Made by a program: the position numbers and the translations under genes
Origin: a bacterium
GTDB lineage: Bacteria; UBA8248
Direction: 5' to 3'
Assembly: GCA_965199855.1 (NCBI GenBank)
Contig: OZ241326.1
Span: forward strand, 2,688,001-2,752,000
Length of the DNA stretch: 64,000 bases
Shown here: positions 9,295-20,764 of the stretch, in pieces
How positions within the stretch are numbered: position 1 is the first letter of the stretch
Layout of the letters: each line of letters opens with the position of its first letter
The notes under the pieces: generated by a model
Told to the model about the DNA's origin: nothing
The model's input: only the letters and a program-made list of their open reading frames with translations
Database searches by the model: none

Positions 9295-12200
9295 ATGAGG
9301 AACGCCCGGGCGTGGGGGGGCGGACGGCCGCTGCTCGTTCTCGCGCTTTTCCTGCTCGCTCTCTGCGCGGGCGAGGCGCGGGCGGCGGCGGTGTGCAGCA
9401 ACGCGCCGGGGGTCGGCGACAGAGTCGAGTGCGAGGTCGCCAGCGGCGTCACGCAGGATATCGACATCGACCTCGCGAACTCCGCCATCTCGACGACGGC
9501 GAACGTGGGCGTCTCCGCCTACCACCAAGGCGCGGGCGCCATCGACATCGAGATTCAGGGCGGATCCATCACGACGGCGGACGACAACTCCGAAGGCGTC
9601 CGGGCGCAGCATAGCGGCTCGGGCGGCATCTCCATCTCGACGCGGAATCTCGCCGTCAAGACGGGCAGTTCGACGAAAGGCCAGCACTCACCCGGCGTCA
9701 GCGGCTTTCATTTCGGGGCATCGGGCGGCGTCTCCATCGACGTTCAGGGCGGATCCATCACGACGACGGGAAGAACCGCCGCCGGCGTCACCGGCCGTCT
9801 TCGGGGCGCCGGCGATATGGGCATCACCCTCCGGGACGCCGCCATCGAAACGACGGGCTACCAGGGCTACGGCGTCTTCGGCACCTTCGATTCCAGGCGG
9901 ACGTCCGCCGGAAATCTTTCCATCAAGGCGCGGGGCGGCTCCATCATGACGACGGGCGATCAAGCCTTGGGTCTCTGGGGCAGTCATTTCGGCTCGGGGC
10001 GGGTCGGGCTCGACGCGGCGAACGTTCGCGTTACGACGGAGGGGATGTACGCCCACGGCGTCTATGGCTACCACCCGGGCGCGGGGGGCGTATCCATCAG
10101 TCTGAACGACGCGGATATCGAAACGACGGGCGCGACCGCCTACGGCGCCTATGGCCGGAACGAAGGCGCGGGGGGAATCGACATTGAGCTGAACGGCGCG
10201 CGGATCGAGACGGCGGGCGAGCGCGCCTACGGCGCCTTGGCCTGGATCCGGAACGCCGCGAGCGAGGCGGACGTCTCTATCGGCGCGGCGGGAGGCTCCG
10301 TCAGGACGGCGGGCGAGCGAGCCGCCGGCGTCTATGCCCGGAGCGACGGCCTGGGCGGGGTCTCCGTCAATCTGAACGACGCCGCCATCACGACGACGGG
10401 CGTGGACTCCTACGGCGTCTTCGCCTGGGCGACAAACGCCGCGAGCGAGACGGACGTCACCGTCGGCGCGGCGGGCGGCTCCGTCGCCGTGGAGGGACTG
10501 GGCGCGAGGGGTCTCTACGGATACCACCGGGGTCTCGGCTCCGTCTCGATGACGACGGACGCCGCCAACGTGATCGAGGCGCCGTTCGCCGTCGGAGTGG
10601 AGGCGCGCCTGACGAACGACGCGAACGCGGCGGGCCGCCTCCTCGTCACGAACGGGGGCGCGGTGGAGGCGCGCGACGTCGGCGTTCGCGCCCGGGCGGC
10701 GCGTTCGAGCGGCTCCACCTTCGGGGAGGGGACGCGGACGGCGGACGACGCGGCGCGAACCGGGCCGATGATTCACGTCGCGTCGAGCGGGGACGTCACC
10801 GTCGGCGAAAGCGTGACGGACGCCTTCATCCGGAACAAAATCGCGGGGGAGGACGGGACGCTCTCGACGGGCGAGCGCGCCGTCCTGGACGCCGTCACGG
10901 CGGGTGATTCAGACGCGCTGGATACGGCGCTCGCCGCCCTTCCCGCCGCCTACGACGACGACTGGAAGGCGGAGGCGCGGGAGCTTCTTCGCAAGCGCGG
11001 CCATGAGCCGACCTCCGCCGCCGCGCTGGCGATCCGGGCGGCCGGGGAGATTCTGGGTCTTTCTCTCGCGGGCGTCCGCGCCCTGGCGCTTTCCCACGCG
11101 GCGATCGCCGATTACGTCCGGGGCGGCGACCGGGACCCGGCGATTCTCGCCATCGCCGAGGCGAGCCGCGCGACCCGGCAGCAGGCGGCGCTGGCGGAGC
11201 AGGAGAAGCTCTCGGCCGCCGAGCGGGCGGTTCTGGCGGCGGCGCTGACGGGCGGCGATCTGGAGGGCGCCCTCGCCGCCCTTCCCGAGAGCTACGCGGA
11301 CGCCTGGAAGAACGACGTCCGCCGGCTCGCGGCGAGCTACAACGCGGGCGACATCCGCGTGGACGTGACCGGAGGCGCGATAGCCGCGGAGGGCAACGGC
11401 GTGGAGGCGCTCTACGCCGTTCCGCACGAGAGGAACGGGGGCATAGCGGTGCGCGTGGCCGAGGGCGCGAGCGTCTCGGGCGGCGCGAACGGGCTCTATC
11501 TTTCCGGCGCGGGCGCGGGCGCGGGGAATTTCTTGGCGCAGAGCGTCTCGATTGACGGGGAGGTGAGGGGCGGCGCCGGCGCGGGCGTCTATATGAAGGG
11601 CGGCGGCAGGCTGACCATCGGCGCGACGGGCCGCGTGGGCGCGACCTCCGGCGTGGGGGTTCTGGCGGATGGTCCCGGGGATTTCCACGCGACGGTGGCG
11701 GGGAGGGTGACAGGCGATATAAGAGGCGTGGGCGCGGGCGATCATGCGGTCACGGTCTCCCCCGGCGGCGAGGTGACGGGAACGATTCATCTGGCGGCGA
11801 GTACCGTGACGGTGGACGGGACGGTCGGCGCCGTTCGTCTGGACCGCGGCGGGATGGTGACGGTGGGGCGGAGCGGCGTCATCCGGGGCGCGGGAGGGAC
11901 GGCGATCCGCGCGGGAGGCGCGGCGCTCCGCGCCGATCTGAACCCGAGCGGCCGCCGGTTCCACAGCGTGGCGGGCGGCGGCGTCATCATCCACAACGCG
12001 GGCGGGAAGACGACGCTCCTCGTCAACGGGGTGAAGCTGCACGACGCGGAGACGGGCGAGACGGGCGCGCGGGCGCGCAACGGCCCTCGCGTCGTCTCCC
12101 TGCTCCCCGGGGCGGGCGACGACGGAATCTTCACGGCGGAGGAATTCATCGAGCGGGGCCTGTACCAGGGAATATACGAGGCGCTGCCGGGGCTTCTGCA

Positions 12201-13056
12201 CAGGATGGAGAGCGGCCGGACGCGGGAGGCGCGGATGACCGCCCCCGGCTCGCCCGTCTGGGTCCGGCTGTCGGCGGTGGAGGGCTCCCGCGGGGCGAAG
12301 GGCTCCACCTCCTCCGCCGAATACGACTTCGCCTCTTTCGGGGCGGAGGCGGGGCTGAACGTCTCCTTCCCCTGGACGAGCGGCCTCACGGGCTCGCTCT
12401 CCCTCCGGCATCAGAGGGGCGCGGCGGAAACCTCGCTGGCCGACGGCAAGGGGGAGATTGACTTGGCCGGCGTGGGCCTGGGCGCGGGCCTCTCCTGGCG
12501 AAGTGGAGACGGCTGGTATCTGCGCGGGGACTTCTCCGTCATGGACTACGCCGCCGACCTCGCCTCCCAAAAATGGGGCAAGCTCGAAAACAACGTAGGC
12601 GCGAGCGTTCGCGTTCTGGATATCGAGGCCGGCAGGCGCTTCACGCTGAATGAGAAAATCGCGCTTGCGCCCAGGGGCTGGCTCACGCGCTCGGAGATCT
12701 CGATGGGCGGCTTCGCGGACGCCTACGGGGAGCGCTTCCGGCTCGTCCGGGCGAATCGCCTGGCAGGGGGCTTCGGCGCGGTTGCGGAGACCACCCGTCC
12801 CTTGGCGGTCGGGGGAGGGACGCTCGCTTGGCGCGGCTCGGCGGACGTGGAGGAGATCCTGAGCGGAGAGAGGACGACGGTCGAGGTCTCCGGCGAGCGG
12901 CTCCACTCGCGCGCGGAGAAGACCCGCCTTCTGCTGGGGATGGGGGCGCGCTGGCGCAAGGGGCGCTTCACGATAGGCGGGGAAATCTCCTCCTCCGGTC
13001 TCGGCTCGAACGACAAGACCCTCGGCGCCCGCATCAGCCTGGGCGTGAGGTTCTAG
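9295..13056 (+). CDS. Autotransporter (type Va) outer-membrane protein, probable adhesin
   Basis: Signal peptide ending AGEARA, repeated (I/V)xTTGxxAxG(V/L)xG beta-helix-like units, and a C-terminal beta-barrel ending in ...ISLGVRF. Confidence 0.9.
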   Translation: MRNARAWGGGRPLLVLALFLLALCAGEARAAAVCSNAPGVGDRVECEVASGVTQDIDIDLANSAISTTANVGVSAYHQGAGAIDIEIQGGSITTADDNSEGVRAQHSGSGGISISTRNLAVKTGSSTKGQHSPGVSGFHFGASGGVSIDVQGGSITTTGRTAAGVTGRLRGAGDMGITLRDAAIETTGYQGYGVFGTFDSRRTSAGNLSIKARGGSIMTTGDQALGLWGSHFGSGRVGLDAANVRVTTEGMYAHGVYGYHPGAGGVSISLNDADIETTGATAYGAYGRNEGAGGIDIELNGARIETAGERAYGALAWIRNAASEADVSIGAAGGSVRTAGERAAGVYARSDGLGGVSVNLNDAAITTTGVDSYGVFAWATNAASETDVTVGAAGGSVAVEGLGARGLYGYHRGLGSVSMTTDAANVIEAPFAVGVEARLTNDANAAGRLLVTNGGAVEARDVGVRARAARSSGSTFGEGTRTADDAARTGPMIHVASSGDVTVGESVTDAFIRNKIAGEDGTLSTGERAVLDAVTAGDSDALDTALAALPAAYDDDWKAEARELLRKRGHEPTSAAALAIRAAGEILGLSLAGVRALALSHAAIADYVRGGDRDPAILAIAEASRATRQQAALAEQEKLSAAERAVLAAALTGGDLEGALAALPESYADAWKNDVRRLAASYNAGDIRVDVTGGAIAAEGNGVEALYAVPHERNGGIAVRVAEGASVSGGANGLYLSGAGAGAGNFLAQSVSIDGEVRGGAGAGVYMKGGGRLTIGATGRVGATSGVGVLADGPGDFHATVAGRVTGDIRGVGAGDHAVTVSPGGEVTGTIHLAASTVTVDGTVGAVRLDRGGMVTVGRSGVIRGAGGTAIRAGGAALRADLNPSGRRFHSVAGGGVIIHNAGGKTTLLVNGVKLHDAETGETGARARNGPRVVSLLPGAGDDGIFTAEEFIERGLYQGIYEALPGLLHRMESGRTREARMTAPGSPVWVRLSAVEGSRGAKGSTSSAEYDFASFGAEAGLNVSFPWTSGLTGSLSLRHQRGAAETSLADGKGEIDLAGVGLGAGLSWRSGDGWYLRGDFSVMDYAADLASQKWGKLENNVGASVRVLDIEAGRRFTLNEKIALAPRGWLTRSEISMGGFADAYGERFRLVRANRLAGGFGAVAETTRPLAVGGGTLAWRGSADVEEILSGERTTVEVSGERLHSRAEKTRLLLGMGARWRKGRFTIGGEISSSGLGSNDKTLGARISLGVRF

Positions 13057-13059
13057 GAT

Positions 13060-14230
13060 TCGCCCGACGGCGCATTCGCGTAGGGCGGATTGTAGGGACA
13101 ACCCCTGCGGTGTCCTTCGCGCATTTCGATTGCAGGGGTCGTTCGTGAACGACCCGCCCGCGCCGACCAAACGGACAATCGCCGGGTTGTCGGCCCATGC
13201 CGCCAAAACGGGCGGTTCACGAACCGCCCCTACGAAACCATGAAACCCGCATCGCCCGCCGTAGGGGGCATCCCCGGCCGTCATTCGCGGCGTCAATCCC
13301 GACAAGGCGGAGGGATTGCGGAATCCAGGGTTTTGATCGTTTTCCTTCAAAACGGGCGGCTCCCGAATTGTGGGGCGGCCCCGGGGAGGGGCCGCCCCTA
13401 CGGAACCGTTGCCGCCTCGCCCGTAGGGGGCGCATTCTTGCGCCCCGCCGCAGGGACAACCCCCTGTGGTTGTCCGCCCCGCGTCCTTCCGCCGTCATTC
13501 CGGCGAAGGCCGAAATCCGGGGTTTTGCTTATGACCGCCCCCGCCGGGACAATCCCTCCACCCCGTCGGAATTGATCTCGCATTTGCCCGCATTTGCGGT
13601 TATGGGGCCTTCCCTCGAACGCGCGAGAATCCGCCGGCGAGAGGGAGGAGGCGAACGCATGGACTTCGGGAAGCGGATGATGACGAAGGCGTGGGCGTGG
13701 GTCAGGGCGTTTGTCGCCCCGCGCCGTTCCCGCGTCGTCAATTCCGGCGAGGAGGAAGGATTGCGGAATCCGGGGGTTGTCGTCCAGCAACGGGCGGTTC
13801 CCGAACCGCCCCTACACGTTTTAGAGGCGGCGTTCGCGCGTCGTCCGCGCCATAATGAAAACAATCCCGTTTTCGACAAAATCCGACAAATTCACGCCTT
13901 TATCCCGCAAATTCACGCCTTTTTTCGACAAATTCAAGACCCTTCGGAGCGCGGAAAAAATATCAAGTCATTGAAAATAAAAGGATTGTGCGAAAAAGAG
14001 GCGCCGGGAGGGGGTATTTCGCAAGGCCGCGGCATCTGCCCGCATCTGCGCGCATCCGCGCCGCCCCGGCGGGAGCGTAGGGACAACCCCCTGTGGTTGC
14101 CCTTCGCCGCCTACGATGCGAACCCTTCCCCAAAACGGGCGGCTCGCGCCCCGCCCCTACGAAACCGTCGCCAGCACCGCCGTAGGGGGCGCATATATGC
14201 GCCCCGTTTGCGGGTCGGCGAGGGCGCGGG
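13060..14230. repeat. REP-like palindrome cluster containing copy 1 of a ~550-bp dispersed element (about 13566-14111)
   Basis: Multiple GTAG and CGTC hairpins; near-identical inverted copy at about 50099-50667. Confidence 0.85.
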
Positions 14231-14275
14231 CCGCTCCCCGGCGCGGGCGCGAGCGGACGGACGAATCCCCCCGGT

Positions 14276-15061
14276 TCAGGAGGCCGCGCCCTCGTCCTCC
14301 GGCGGCGCGCCGCCGCCCCTGCGCTCCTCCACGAAGGGGCGCAGCAGATCGAGCGGCAGGGGGAAGACGATGGTGGAGTTGTTCTCGGTGGCGACCTCCG
14401 AGAGGGTTTGCAGGAACCTGAGCTGAAGCGCGCCCGGAGCGGTGGCGATGGTGGCGGCGGCCTCGGAGAGGCGCGCGCTCGCCTGGAATTCGCCCTCCGC
14501 GTGAATGACCTTGGCGCGGCGCTCGCGCTCCGCCTCGGCCTGGCGGGCGATGGCGCGCTGCATCTCGCCGGGCAGATCGACGTGCTTGAGCTCCACGTTG
14601 GTGACCTTGATGCCCCAGGGGTCGGTGGCGTGGTCAAGAAGCTCCTGCAGCTGGCCGTTGATCTTCTCGCGCTCGGAGAGGAGGTCGTCCAGGTCCATCT
14701 GGCCCAGCACGCTCCGGAGGGTGGTCTGGCTCAGCTGGCCGGTGGCGTAGAGGAAGTCCTCCACCTCGATGACCGCCCGCTCGGGGTTCAGCACGCGGAA
14801 ATAGACCACCGCGTTCACCTTCACCGACACGTTGTCCTTCGTCACGATGTCCTGCGGCGGCACGTCCATCGTCACCAGGCGCAGCCCCACGCGAATCATG
14901 CGGTCGATCACCGGAAGCACGATGATGAGGCCCGGCCCCTTCGTGGCGCAGAAGCGGCCCAGCCGGAAGATGACGCCGCGCTCGTATTCGTTCAGGACGC
15001 GGATGGCGCTGACGAAGAACAGCAGGACGATGAGGACGCCGACGATCAAGCCCAGGTTCAT
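14276..15061 (-). CDS. SPFH/band-7 (slipin/stomatin-like) protein
   Basis: Start MNLGLIVG at 15061; [53 protein letters not shown]. Confidence 0.95.
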   Translation of the reverse strand: MNLGLIVGVLIVLLFFVSAIRVLNEYERGVIFRLGRFCATKGPGLIIVLPVIDRMIRVGLRLVTMDVPPQDIVTKDNVSVKVNAVVYFRVLNPERAVIEVEDFLYATGQLSQTTLRSVLGQMDLDDLLSEREKINGQLQELLDHATDPWGIKVTNVELKHVDLPGEMQRAIARQAEAERERRAKVIHAEGEFQASARLSEAAATIATAPGALQLRFLQTLSEVATENNSTIVFPLPLDLLRPFVEERRGGGAPPEDEGAAS

Positions 15062-16392
15062 TTCTCCCCCTCCTCTTTCTCGACGCGGAGCCTGAGGCCC
15101 TCCATCGCCACCACGCGGACCCGGTCGCCGACCCTCAGCCGCTCCCGGGAGTCGGCCAGCCACGTCTCGCCGCGCACCCGCACCCTGGCGGGCGCGCCGC
15201 GCCTGGAAGAAGCGCTCACGACGCCGGCCTGATCGAGCATTCCCTCGGCGCCCGAGACCGGCCTGGGCCGCTGGGCGCGGAAGCCCACCCCCACGATCCA
15301 GACGAAGAACATGGCCGTTCCCGCCACCGCTGGCAGGATGACCTTCAGGCTGATTTGCAGGTAGGGGTCGGGGGAGTCGATGAGCATGATCGAGCCGAGC
15401 GTCATGGCGATGACGCCGCCGATGGTGAGCCCTCCGTAGCTCACCACCTTGATCTCCAGGAGGAACATAACGACGGCGAGCCCCATGAGCAGAAGCCCGA
15501 CGTAGTTCACCGGCAGCACCTTCAGGGCGTAGAGCGCCAGGAGGAGGCTGATGGCGCCCACCACCCCCGGAAGGATGGAGCCGGGGTTCGAGAGCTCGAA
15601 GAACAGCCCGTACATGCCCAGGAGCATCAGGATGTAGGCGATGTTGGGGTCGCTCAGCAGGGTGAGCGCCTTCTGCCGCCAGCTCCTGCCGAGCGCGACC
15701 TGCTCCGCGTCCCCGGTCGCCAGGACGGCTTCGCCGCCGCCGGCGAGCCTGATCTTCCTGCCGTCAATCGCCAGGAGCAGGGACTTCACGTCCGCCGCCA
15801 CCAGGTCGATGACCTTCTGCCTGAGCGCCTCCGCCTCGTCCACGGAGATCGCCTCCCGAACCGCGCTCTCCGCCCATTCGGTGTTGCGCCCCGTGCGCGA
15901 GGCCACCGCCCGCGCGAAGGCGGCCACGTCGTTCATGGCCTTTTTGCGCATGTCCCCCTGAATCTGCTTTCCGCCGCCCGAGACGGGAGAGGCCGCGCCG
16001 ATGTTGGTGCCCGGCGCCATGGCGGCGACGTGGGCCGACATCGTGATGAAGGTGCCGGCGGAGGCGGCCCGCGCCCCGCCCGGAGCGACGTAGACGGCCA
16101 CCGGCACGCGGGAGCCGAAAATGGACTTCACGATGTCGCGCGTGCTGGTGACCAGCCCGCCGGGGGTGTCGAGGCGAATGACGAGAAGCTGCGCCCCCCT
16201 GCGGGCGGCCTCCTCGACTCCGAAGGCGATGTATTCGGCGGTGCCGGGCGAGATGGCGTCGGCCACGTCGAGGATCAGGACGGGCGGCGCCTTCCGCGCG
16301 TCGGCGGCGTGGTGAGCGGCCAGCGCCGCGCCCGCCGCCGCCAGAAAGCACCAAAGCGCCAGATGCGCCCTTCTCGGAAATTTCCTCGGCAT
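15058..16392 (-). CDS. nfeD: NfeD-family membrane-bound serine protease (ClpP class)
   Basis: [34 protein letters not shown] region and C-terminal OB domain; coupled to the SPFH gene. Confidence 0.92.
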   Translation of the reverse strand: MPRKFPRRAHLALWCFLAAAGAALAAHHAADARKAPPVLILDVADAISPGTAEYIAFGVEEAARRGAQLLVIRLDTPGGLVTSTRDIVKSIFGSRVPVAVYVAPGGARAASAGTFITMSAHVAAMAPGTNIGAASPVSGGGKQIQGDMRKKAMNDVAAFARAVASRTGRNTEWAESAVREAISVDEAEALRQKVIDLVAADVKSLLLAIDGRKIRLAGGGEAVLATGDAEQVALGRSWRQKALTLLSDPNIAYILMLLGMYGLFFELSNPGSILPGVVGAISLLLALYALKVLPVNYVGLLLMGLAVVMFLLEIKVVSYGGLTIGGVIAMTLGSIMLIDSPDPYLQISLKVILPAVAGTAMFFVWIVGVGFRAQRPRPVSGAEGMLDQAGVVSASSRRGAPARVRVRGETWLADSRERLRVGDRVRVVAMEGLRLRVEKEEGEK

Positions 16393-16469
16393 CTCATCCC
16401 CCGGAGCGGCGGCGTCGCCCCCATCTTACCACAAGGGCGAGCGCTTCACCGCCTCCCGCGCCGCGGCGG

Positions 16470-17837
16470 TCAGCCGCCCATTTCGAGCAGCGTCTCGTCC
16501 ACGATGGCGACGGCCGCGTCGATCTGGCGCTCCTCGACGCTCAGGGGAGGCAAAAACCCCAGAACGTTCCCGTGGTGGCCACCCGGATAGAGGAGCAGCC
16601 CCTTCCCGAGGGCCGCTTCGCTCGCCCGCTTGGCGGCGCGCAGGGGCTCGCGCGTCTCGCGGTCGGCGACCAGCTCGATCGCCGTCATCAGCCCGCGTCC
16701 CCGAACCTCGCCGACGACGGCGTGGCGCCCGGAGAGCTCCTCCAGCTTCCGCAGGAAATGCGCGCCCAGCGCCAGGGCGCGCTCCGCGAGGCTCTCCTCC
16801 TCATACACCTCGATGGAGGCGAGGCCGGCGGCGCACGCCATGACGTTTCCCGCGTAGGTGCCGCTCTCGGTCCCGGGCGCCGAGGCGTCCGCGATCTCTT
16901 TTTTCGCCAGGCAGGCGGCGAGGGGCAGCCCCCCGGAGATCGACTTTCCCATCACGACGAGATCGGGCTCCACCTCCTCGTATTGATAGGCGAACATCCT
17001 GCCCGCGCGGCAGAATCCGCTCATCACCTCATCGACGATGAGCAGGGCCCCGTGCCGATCGCAGGTCTCGCGAAGCGCCTTCAGGAAGCCCGGAGGCACC
17101 GGAATCATGCCGCCGTTTCCCTGCACCGGCTCGATGATGACGGCGGCCACCTCCCCCCAGCCGCTCGCCGGATTGCCGAGAAATTCCTCGAGGTAGCGAA
17201 TCGTTCCCGCCGCGCACTGCTCCGCGCCGTCTCCAAAGGGGCTTCGATACGGATAGGGATAGGGGACGTGATGCGTCCCCGCGACGATCGCGCCCAGCCC
17301 CTCGCGCTGGCTTCTTTTGCCCATCAGGGCGAGGGCGCCCAGGGTTCTGCCGTGAAAACCGCCCGTGAAGCCCACGACTTCATCGCGCCCCGTCGCCCGG
17401 CGCGCCAGCTTGAGGGCGATTTCGGCCGCCTCGCTGCCCGAGGAGGCGAGGATCATGCGCTTGGGCGAAGCGCCGGGATGAAGCGAGAGCGCCTTTTCAT
17501 AAAACCGGTTCCGCACCCTCGAACCCAGGGACATGGCCTGATGAACCTCGCCCGCCTGCTCCCGCATCGCCGCGACCACCCGGGGGTGGCAGTGCCCCGC
17601 GTTGAGGGAGCCGAAGCCGGCCACGAAATCCAGGAACGAGTTGCCGTCCACGTCCTCGACGACCGCCCCCCGCGCGCGCTCCACGACGACGGTCTCCGGG
17701 CTCATCCCGAAGCTGAGGGCGGCGCGCCCCTCCGCGCTCCTGAGGCGCGCGAGCTCCCTTCGCGTCTCGGGGCCGGGATGGGGAACCACGAAATCCGGCG
17801 CTTTCACGCGGAACTCCTCCTCTGTTGACGCCTCCAT
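16470..17837 (-). CDS. Class III PLP aminotransferase (4-aminobutyrate aminotransferase-like)
   Basis: DVDGNSFLDF, SGSEA, FHGRT, EPVQGNGG, DEVMSGFCRAG and GKSISGGLP. Confidence 0.92.
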   Translation of the reverse strand: MEASTEEEFRVKAPDFVVPHPGPETRRELARLRSAEGRAALSFGMSPETVVVERARGAVVEDVDGNSFLDFVAGFGSLNAGHCHPRVVAAMREQAGEVHQAMSLGSRVRNRFYEKALSLHPGASPKRMILASSGSEAAEIALKLARRATGRDEVVGFTGGFHGRTLGALALMGKRSQREGLGAIVAGTHHVPYPYPYRSPFGDGAEQCAAGTIRYLEEFLGNPASGWGEVAAVIIEPVQGNGGMIPVPPGFLKALRETCDRHGALLIVDEVMSGFCRAGRMFAYQYEEVEPDLVVMGKSISGGLPLAACLAKKEIADASAPGTESGTYAGNVMACAAGLASIEVYEEESLAERALALGAHFLRKLEELSGRHAVVGEVRGRGLMTAIELVADRETREPLRAAKRASEAALGKGLLLYPGGHHGNVLGFLPPLSVEERQIDAAVAIVDETLLEMGG

Positions 17838-17963
17838 CTCTACCACATTCCGAAAGGGGCGAGGAACCGCCCGCGGCGCTTCGGAAAAACGCGGCGGGGG
17901 CGGGTGCGATTCAGCCGTTCATGGTATAGGATGCGGGCATACGGAAATTTCGCCCGCGCATGA

Positions 17964-19232
17964 ATGACTTCGAGGCTGCCGGTGAGCGAAAGCGCTTCTC
18001 CCAAAAAGATCTACTACGGCTGGTACATCCTCGCCGCCTGCTTCTTCATGATGTTCCTGGGGATGGCCACCAGAAACTCCTTCGGCCTCTTCCTGAAGCC
18101 GATGATTGAGGATTTCGGCCTGAGCCGCGCCGCCCTGTCCCTGCCCTTCTCCCTCTCCCTCATTCTCTTCGGCGCGTCGCAGCCGCTGGGCGGGCTGATG
18201 ATGCGCCGGTGGAGCCCCAAAACCGTCATCATCTGGGGATCGGCGCTGACGACCATCGCCATGCTGGGCATCAGCCAGGCGGGCTCCCTCTGGGGGGTGT
18301 ATCTGTTCTTCGGCATCCTCCTGGGCATGGGGGGGATCGGCAACAGCCTCACCGCCTTCACCCCGCTGGTCTCCAGCTGGTTCCCGGACAGGCGGGGGCT
18401 GGGCATGTCCCTGGTCAGCTCCGGCGCGAGCATGGGCCAGCTCCTCCTGCTTCCCGTGTTCGCGCATCTCATGGGGTTTCTCGACTGGCGGACGACTTCG
18501 CTCGTCATCGGCGTCATGTTCCTGGTCGCCATGATGCCCATCGCCCTCTTCGTCGTCAGGAACGCCCCGAAGGCCGGCGAGGTCTCCGGGAGCGCGCCGG
18601 CCCCCGGCGGCGTCCGCATGGTCGTCCCCTACGATTTGCCCTGGGTGGAATGCCTGCACAAGGCGCCGTTCGTCCTCCTGCTCACCAGCTTCTTCACCTG
18701 CGGCTTCACCGTGACCGTCGTCTCCGTTCACTGGGTGCCCTTCGCGACGGACGTGGGCTTCTCGGCGGCCGTGGCGGCCACGGCGTTCGCCCTGGGCGGG
18801 GGCCTCAACACCGTGGGCGTTCTGGCCGTCGGCCCCCTTTCGGACAAAATCGGGCGGAAAGTCCCCCTGAGCCTGGTCTACGCCTTCCGGGGCCTCGGCT
18901 TCATCCTGTTCATCTTCTTCAAGAACGACTTCACCGTCTGGGCCGCGCCCATGATGATCGGCCTCTCCTGGATAGCGACCGTCCCCCTCACCTCGGCGCT
19001 GACGGGAGACTTCTTCGGCTCCAGGAACGTGGCCATCCTGTTCGGCCTCATCACGTTCAGCCACCAGCTGGGCTCGGGCCTGAGCGCCTGGCTGAGCGGA
19101 TACATCTACGACGTGACCGGCAGCTACAACCTCGCGTTCGCGCTGGCCGCCTACCTCTGCTTCCAGGCGGCCGTGATCGTCTCCTTCATCAACGAAAGAG
19201 AGGTTCGCGTCGCCGGGACCGCGGCGGCGTAG
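17964..19232 (+). CDS. MFS transporter
   Basis: About 12 hydrophobic helices; [19 protein letters not shown] and [10 protein letters not shown] motifs. Confidence 0.92.
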   Translation: MTSRLPVSESASPKKIYYGWYILAACFFMMFLGMATRNSFGLFLKPMIEDFGLSRAALSLPFSLSLILFGASQPLGGLMMRRWSPKTVIIWGSALTTIAMLGISQAGSLWGVYLFFGILLGMGGIGNSLTAFTPLVSSWFPDRRGLGMSLVSSGASMGQLLLLPVFAHLMGFLDWRTTSLVIGVMFLVAMMPIALFVVRNAPKAGEVSGSAPAPGGVRMVVPYDLPWVECLHKAPFVLLLTSFFTCGFTVTVVSVHWVPFATDVGFSAAVAATAFALGGGLNTVGVLAVGPLSDKIGRKVPLSLVYAFRGLGFILFIFFKNDFTVWAAPMMIGLSWIATVPLTSALTGDFFGSRNVAILFGLITFSHQLGSGLSAWLSGYIYDVTGSYNLAFALAAYLCFQAAVIVSFINEREVRVAGTAAA

Positions 19233-19363
19233 CCGCGCGCGAGCGGCGCCCCCAAGCCGCGCGGCCCGAAGCGAACGGGCGGTTTGCCGCGTCAGGAAGC
19301 CTCTGCGATAATTCCGTCTCGCCCGGGCGAGGCCCGGCCTCGCCCCCCGCGCCTGGTGAAGAC

Positions 19364-20707
19364 ATGGACTGCAACTGCTGGTTCGAGTGCATCAGCCCCG
19401 AATGCGGGGCGACCTACTCCATCTTCGACTCCGTATATCAGTGCCGCGAGTGCGGGAGCCTCCTCGAGGTCGCGCACGACCTGGAAACCCTGCGGATGCG
19501 AAGCGCCTCGGAGTGGCGCCACCTGTTCGACGACCGCTACCAGCGCAACACGTGGCCCTACGGCAGCGGCGTGTGGGGGAAGAAGGAATGGGTCTGCCCG
19601 CTGATCGGCGATGAGAACATCATCTCGTTCTACGAGGGCGGAACCAACCTTTTCTGGGCGAACCGCCTGGGCCGGGAGCTGGGTGTCGGCGAGCTGTGGA
19701 TCAAGCAGTGCGGGAACAGCCACACGGGCTCCTTCAAGGACCTGGGCATGACGGTCCTCGTCTCCGCCGCCCGGCAGATGATGGCCGACGGCAAGAAGCT
19801 TCGCGCCCTCGCCTGCGCCTCGACGGGCGACACCTCCGCCGCGCTCGCCGCCTACGCCGCGGCGGCGGACATTCCGGCCATCGTCTTTCTGCCGAGGGAG
19901 AAAGTCTCCGTGGCCCAGCTCATCCAGCCGATCGCGAACGGCGCCGCGGTGATGGCCATCGACGCCGACTTCGACGGCTGCATGCGCATCGCGCGGCAGG
20001 TGTGCGAGGAGCAGGGAATCTACCTCGCCAACAGCATGAACTCGCTTCGCATCGAGGGCCAGAAGACCATCAGCATCGAGCTCGTTCAGCAGTTCGACTG
20101 GGAGGTTCCCGACCTCATCGTCATCCCCGGCGGCAACCTGGGAAACGTGAGCGCGCTGGGCAAGGGCTTCACCCAGATGCGCGATCTGGGACTCATCGAC
20201 AGGCTGCCCCGCATCGTCTGCGCCCAGGCGGAGAAGGCCAACCCCCTCTACAGAAGCTTCATGACCGGCTTTCGGGAATTTCATCCCGTCGACGCCGAGC
20301 CGACGCTGGCGACGGCCATCCAGATCGGCAATCCGGTGAGCGTCGAGCGCGCCATCCGGACTCTCAAGGCGTTCGAGGGCTCCGTCGAGCAGACCAGCGA
20401 GGAGGAATTGTCAAACACGGCCGCCCGCGCGGACAGAACCGGCATGTACAACTGCCCCCAGACGGGGGTGGCGCTGGCCGCCCTCGAGAAAATCATCGCG
20501 CGCGGAGAGTGCCGCCCCAAGGATCGGGTGGTGGTCATCTCCACGGCGCACGGGCTGAAGTTCACCGAGTTCAAGGTCGGCTATCACCAAAAGGACATTC
20601 CGGGCATCGAGAGCCGATTCGCCAACGCCCCCATCGAGCTCCCCGAAGACATCGACGCGGTTCAGGACGCCATCGAGAAGCAGCTCGGCGCCTTCTCCGC
20701 GAGGTAG
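19364..20707 (+). CDS. thrC: Threonine synthase
   Basis: True start MDCNCWFEC (Zn-ribbon); [44 protein letters not shown] and STAHGLKF. Confidence 0.93.
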   Translation: MDCNCWFECISPECGATYSIFDSVYQCRECGSLLEVAHDLETLRMRSASEWRHLFDDRYQRNTWPYGSGVWGKKEWVCPLIGDENIISFYEGGTNLFWANRLGRELGVGELWIKQCGNSHTGSFKDLGMTVLVSAARQMMADGKKLRALACASTGDTSAALAAYAAAADIPAIVFLPREKVSVAQLIQPIANGAAVMAIDADFDGCMRIARQVCEEQGIYLANSMNSLRIEGQKTISIELVQQFDWEVPDLIVIPGGNLGNVSALGKGFTQMRDLGLIDRLPRIVCAQAEKANPLYRSFMTGFREFHPVDAEPTLATAIQIGNPVSVERAIRTLKAFEGSVEQTSEEELSNTAARADRTGMYNCPQTGVALAALEKIIARGECRPKDRVVVISTAHGLKFTEFKVGYHQKDIPGIESRFANAPIELPEDIDAVQDAIEKQLGAFSAR

Positions 20708-20764
20708 CGTTCATTCAACTTTCAGCGCGCCTCGCCCGGCGCGGGAAGCGGGAGACGAGCCACT

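Noticed and set aside
8964-9614. ORF with PPHRLTAS repeats as a real 216-aa protein
   Set aside because: It starts within REP DNA and overlaps the autotransporter out of frame; the repeats simply translate the 8-bp SSR
18209-20707. 832-aa ORF as an extended or fused threonine synthase
   Set aside because: The N-terminal part is an off-frame overlap of the MFS gene; ThrC similarity begins at ATG 19364
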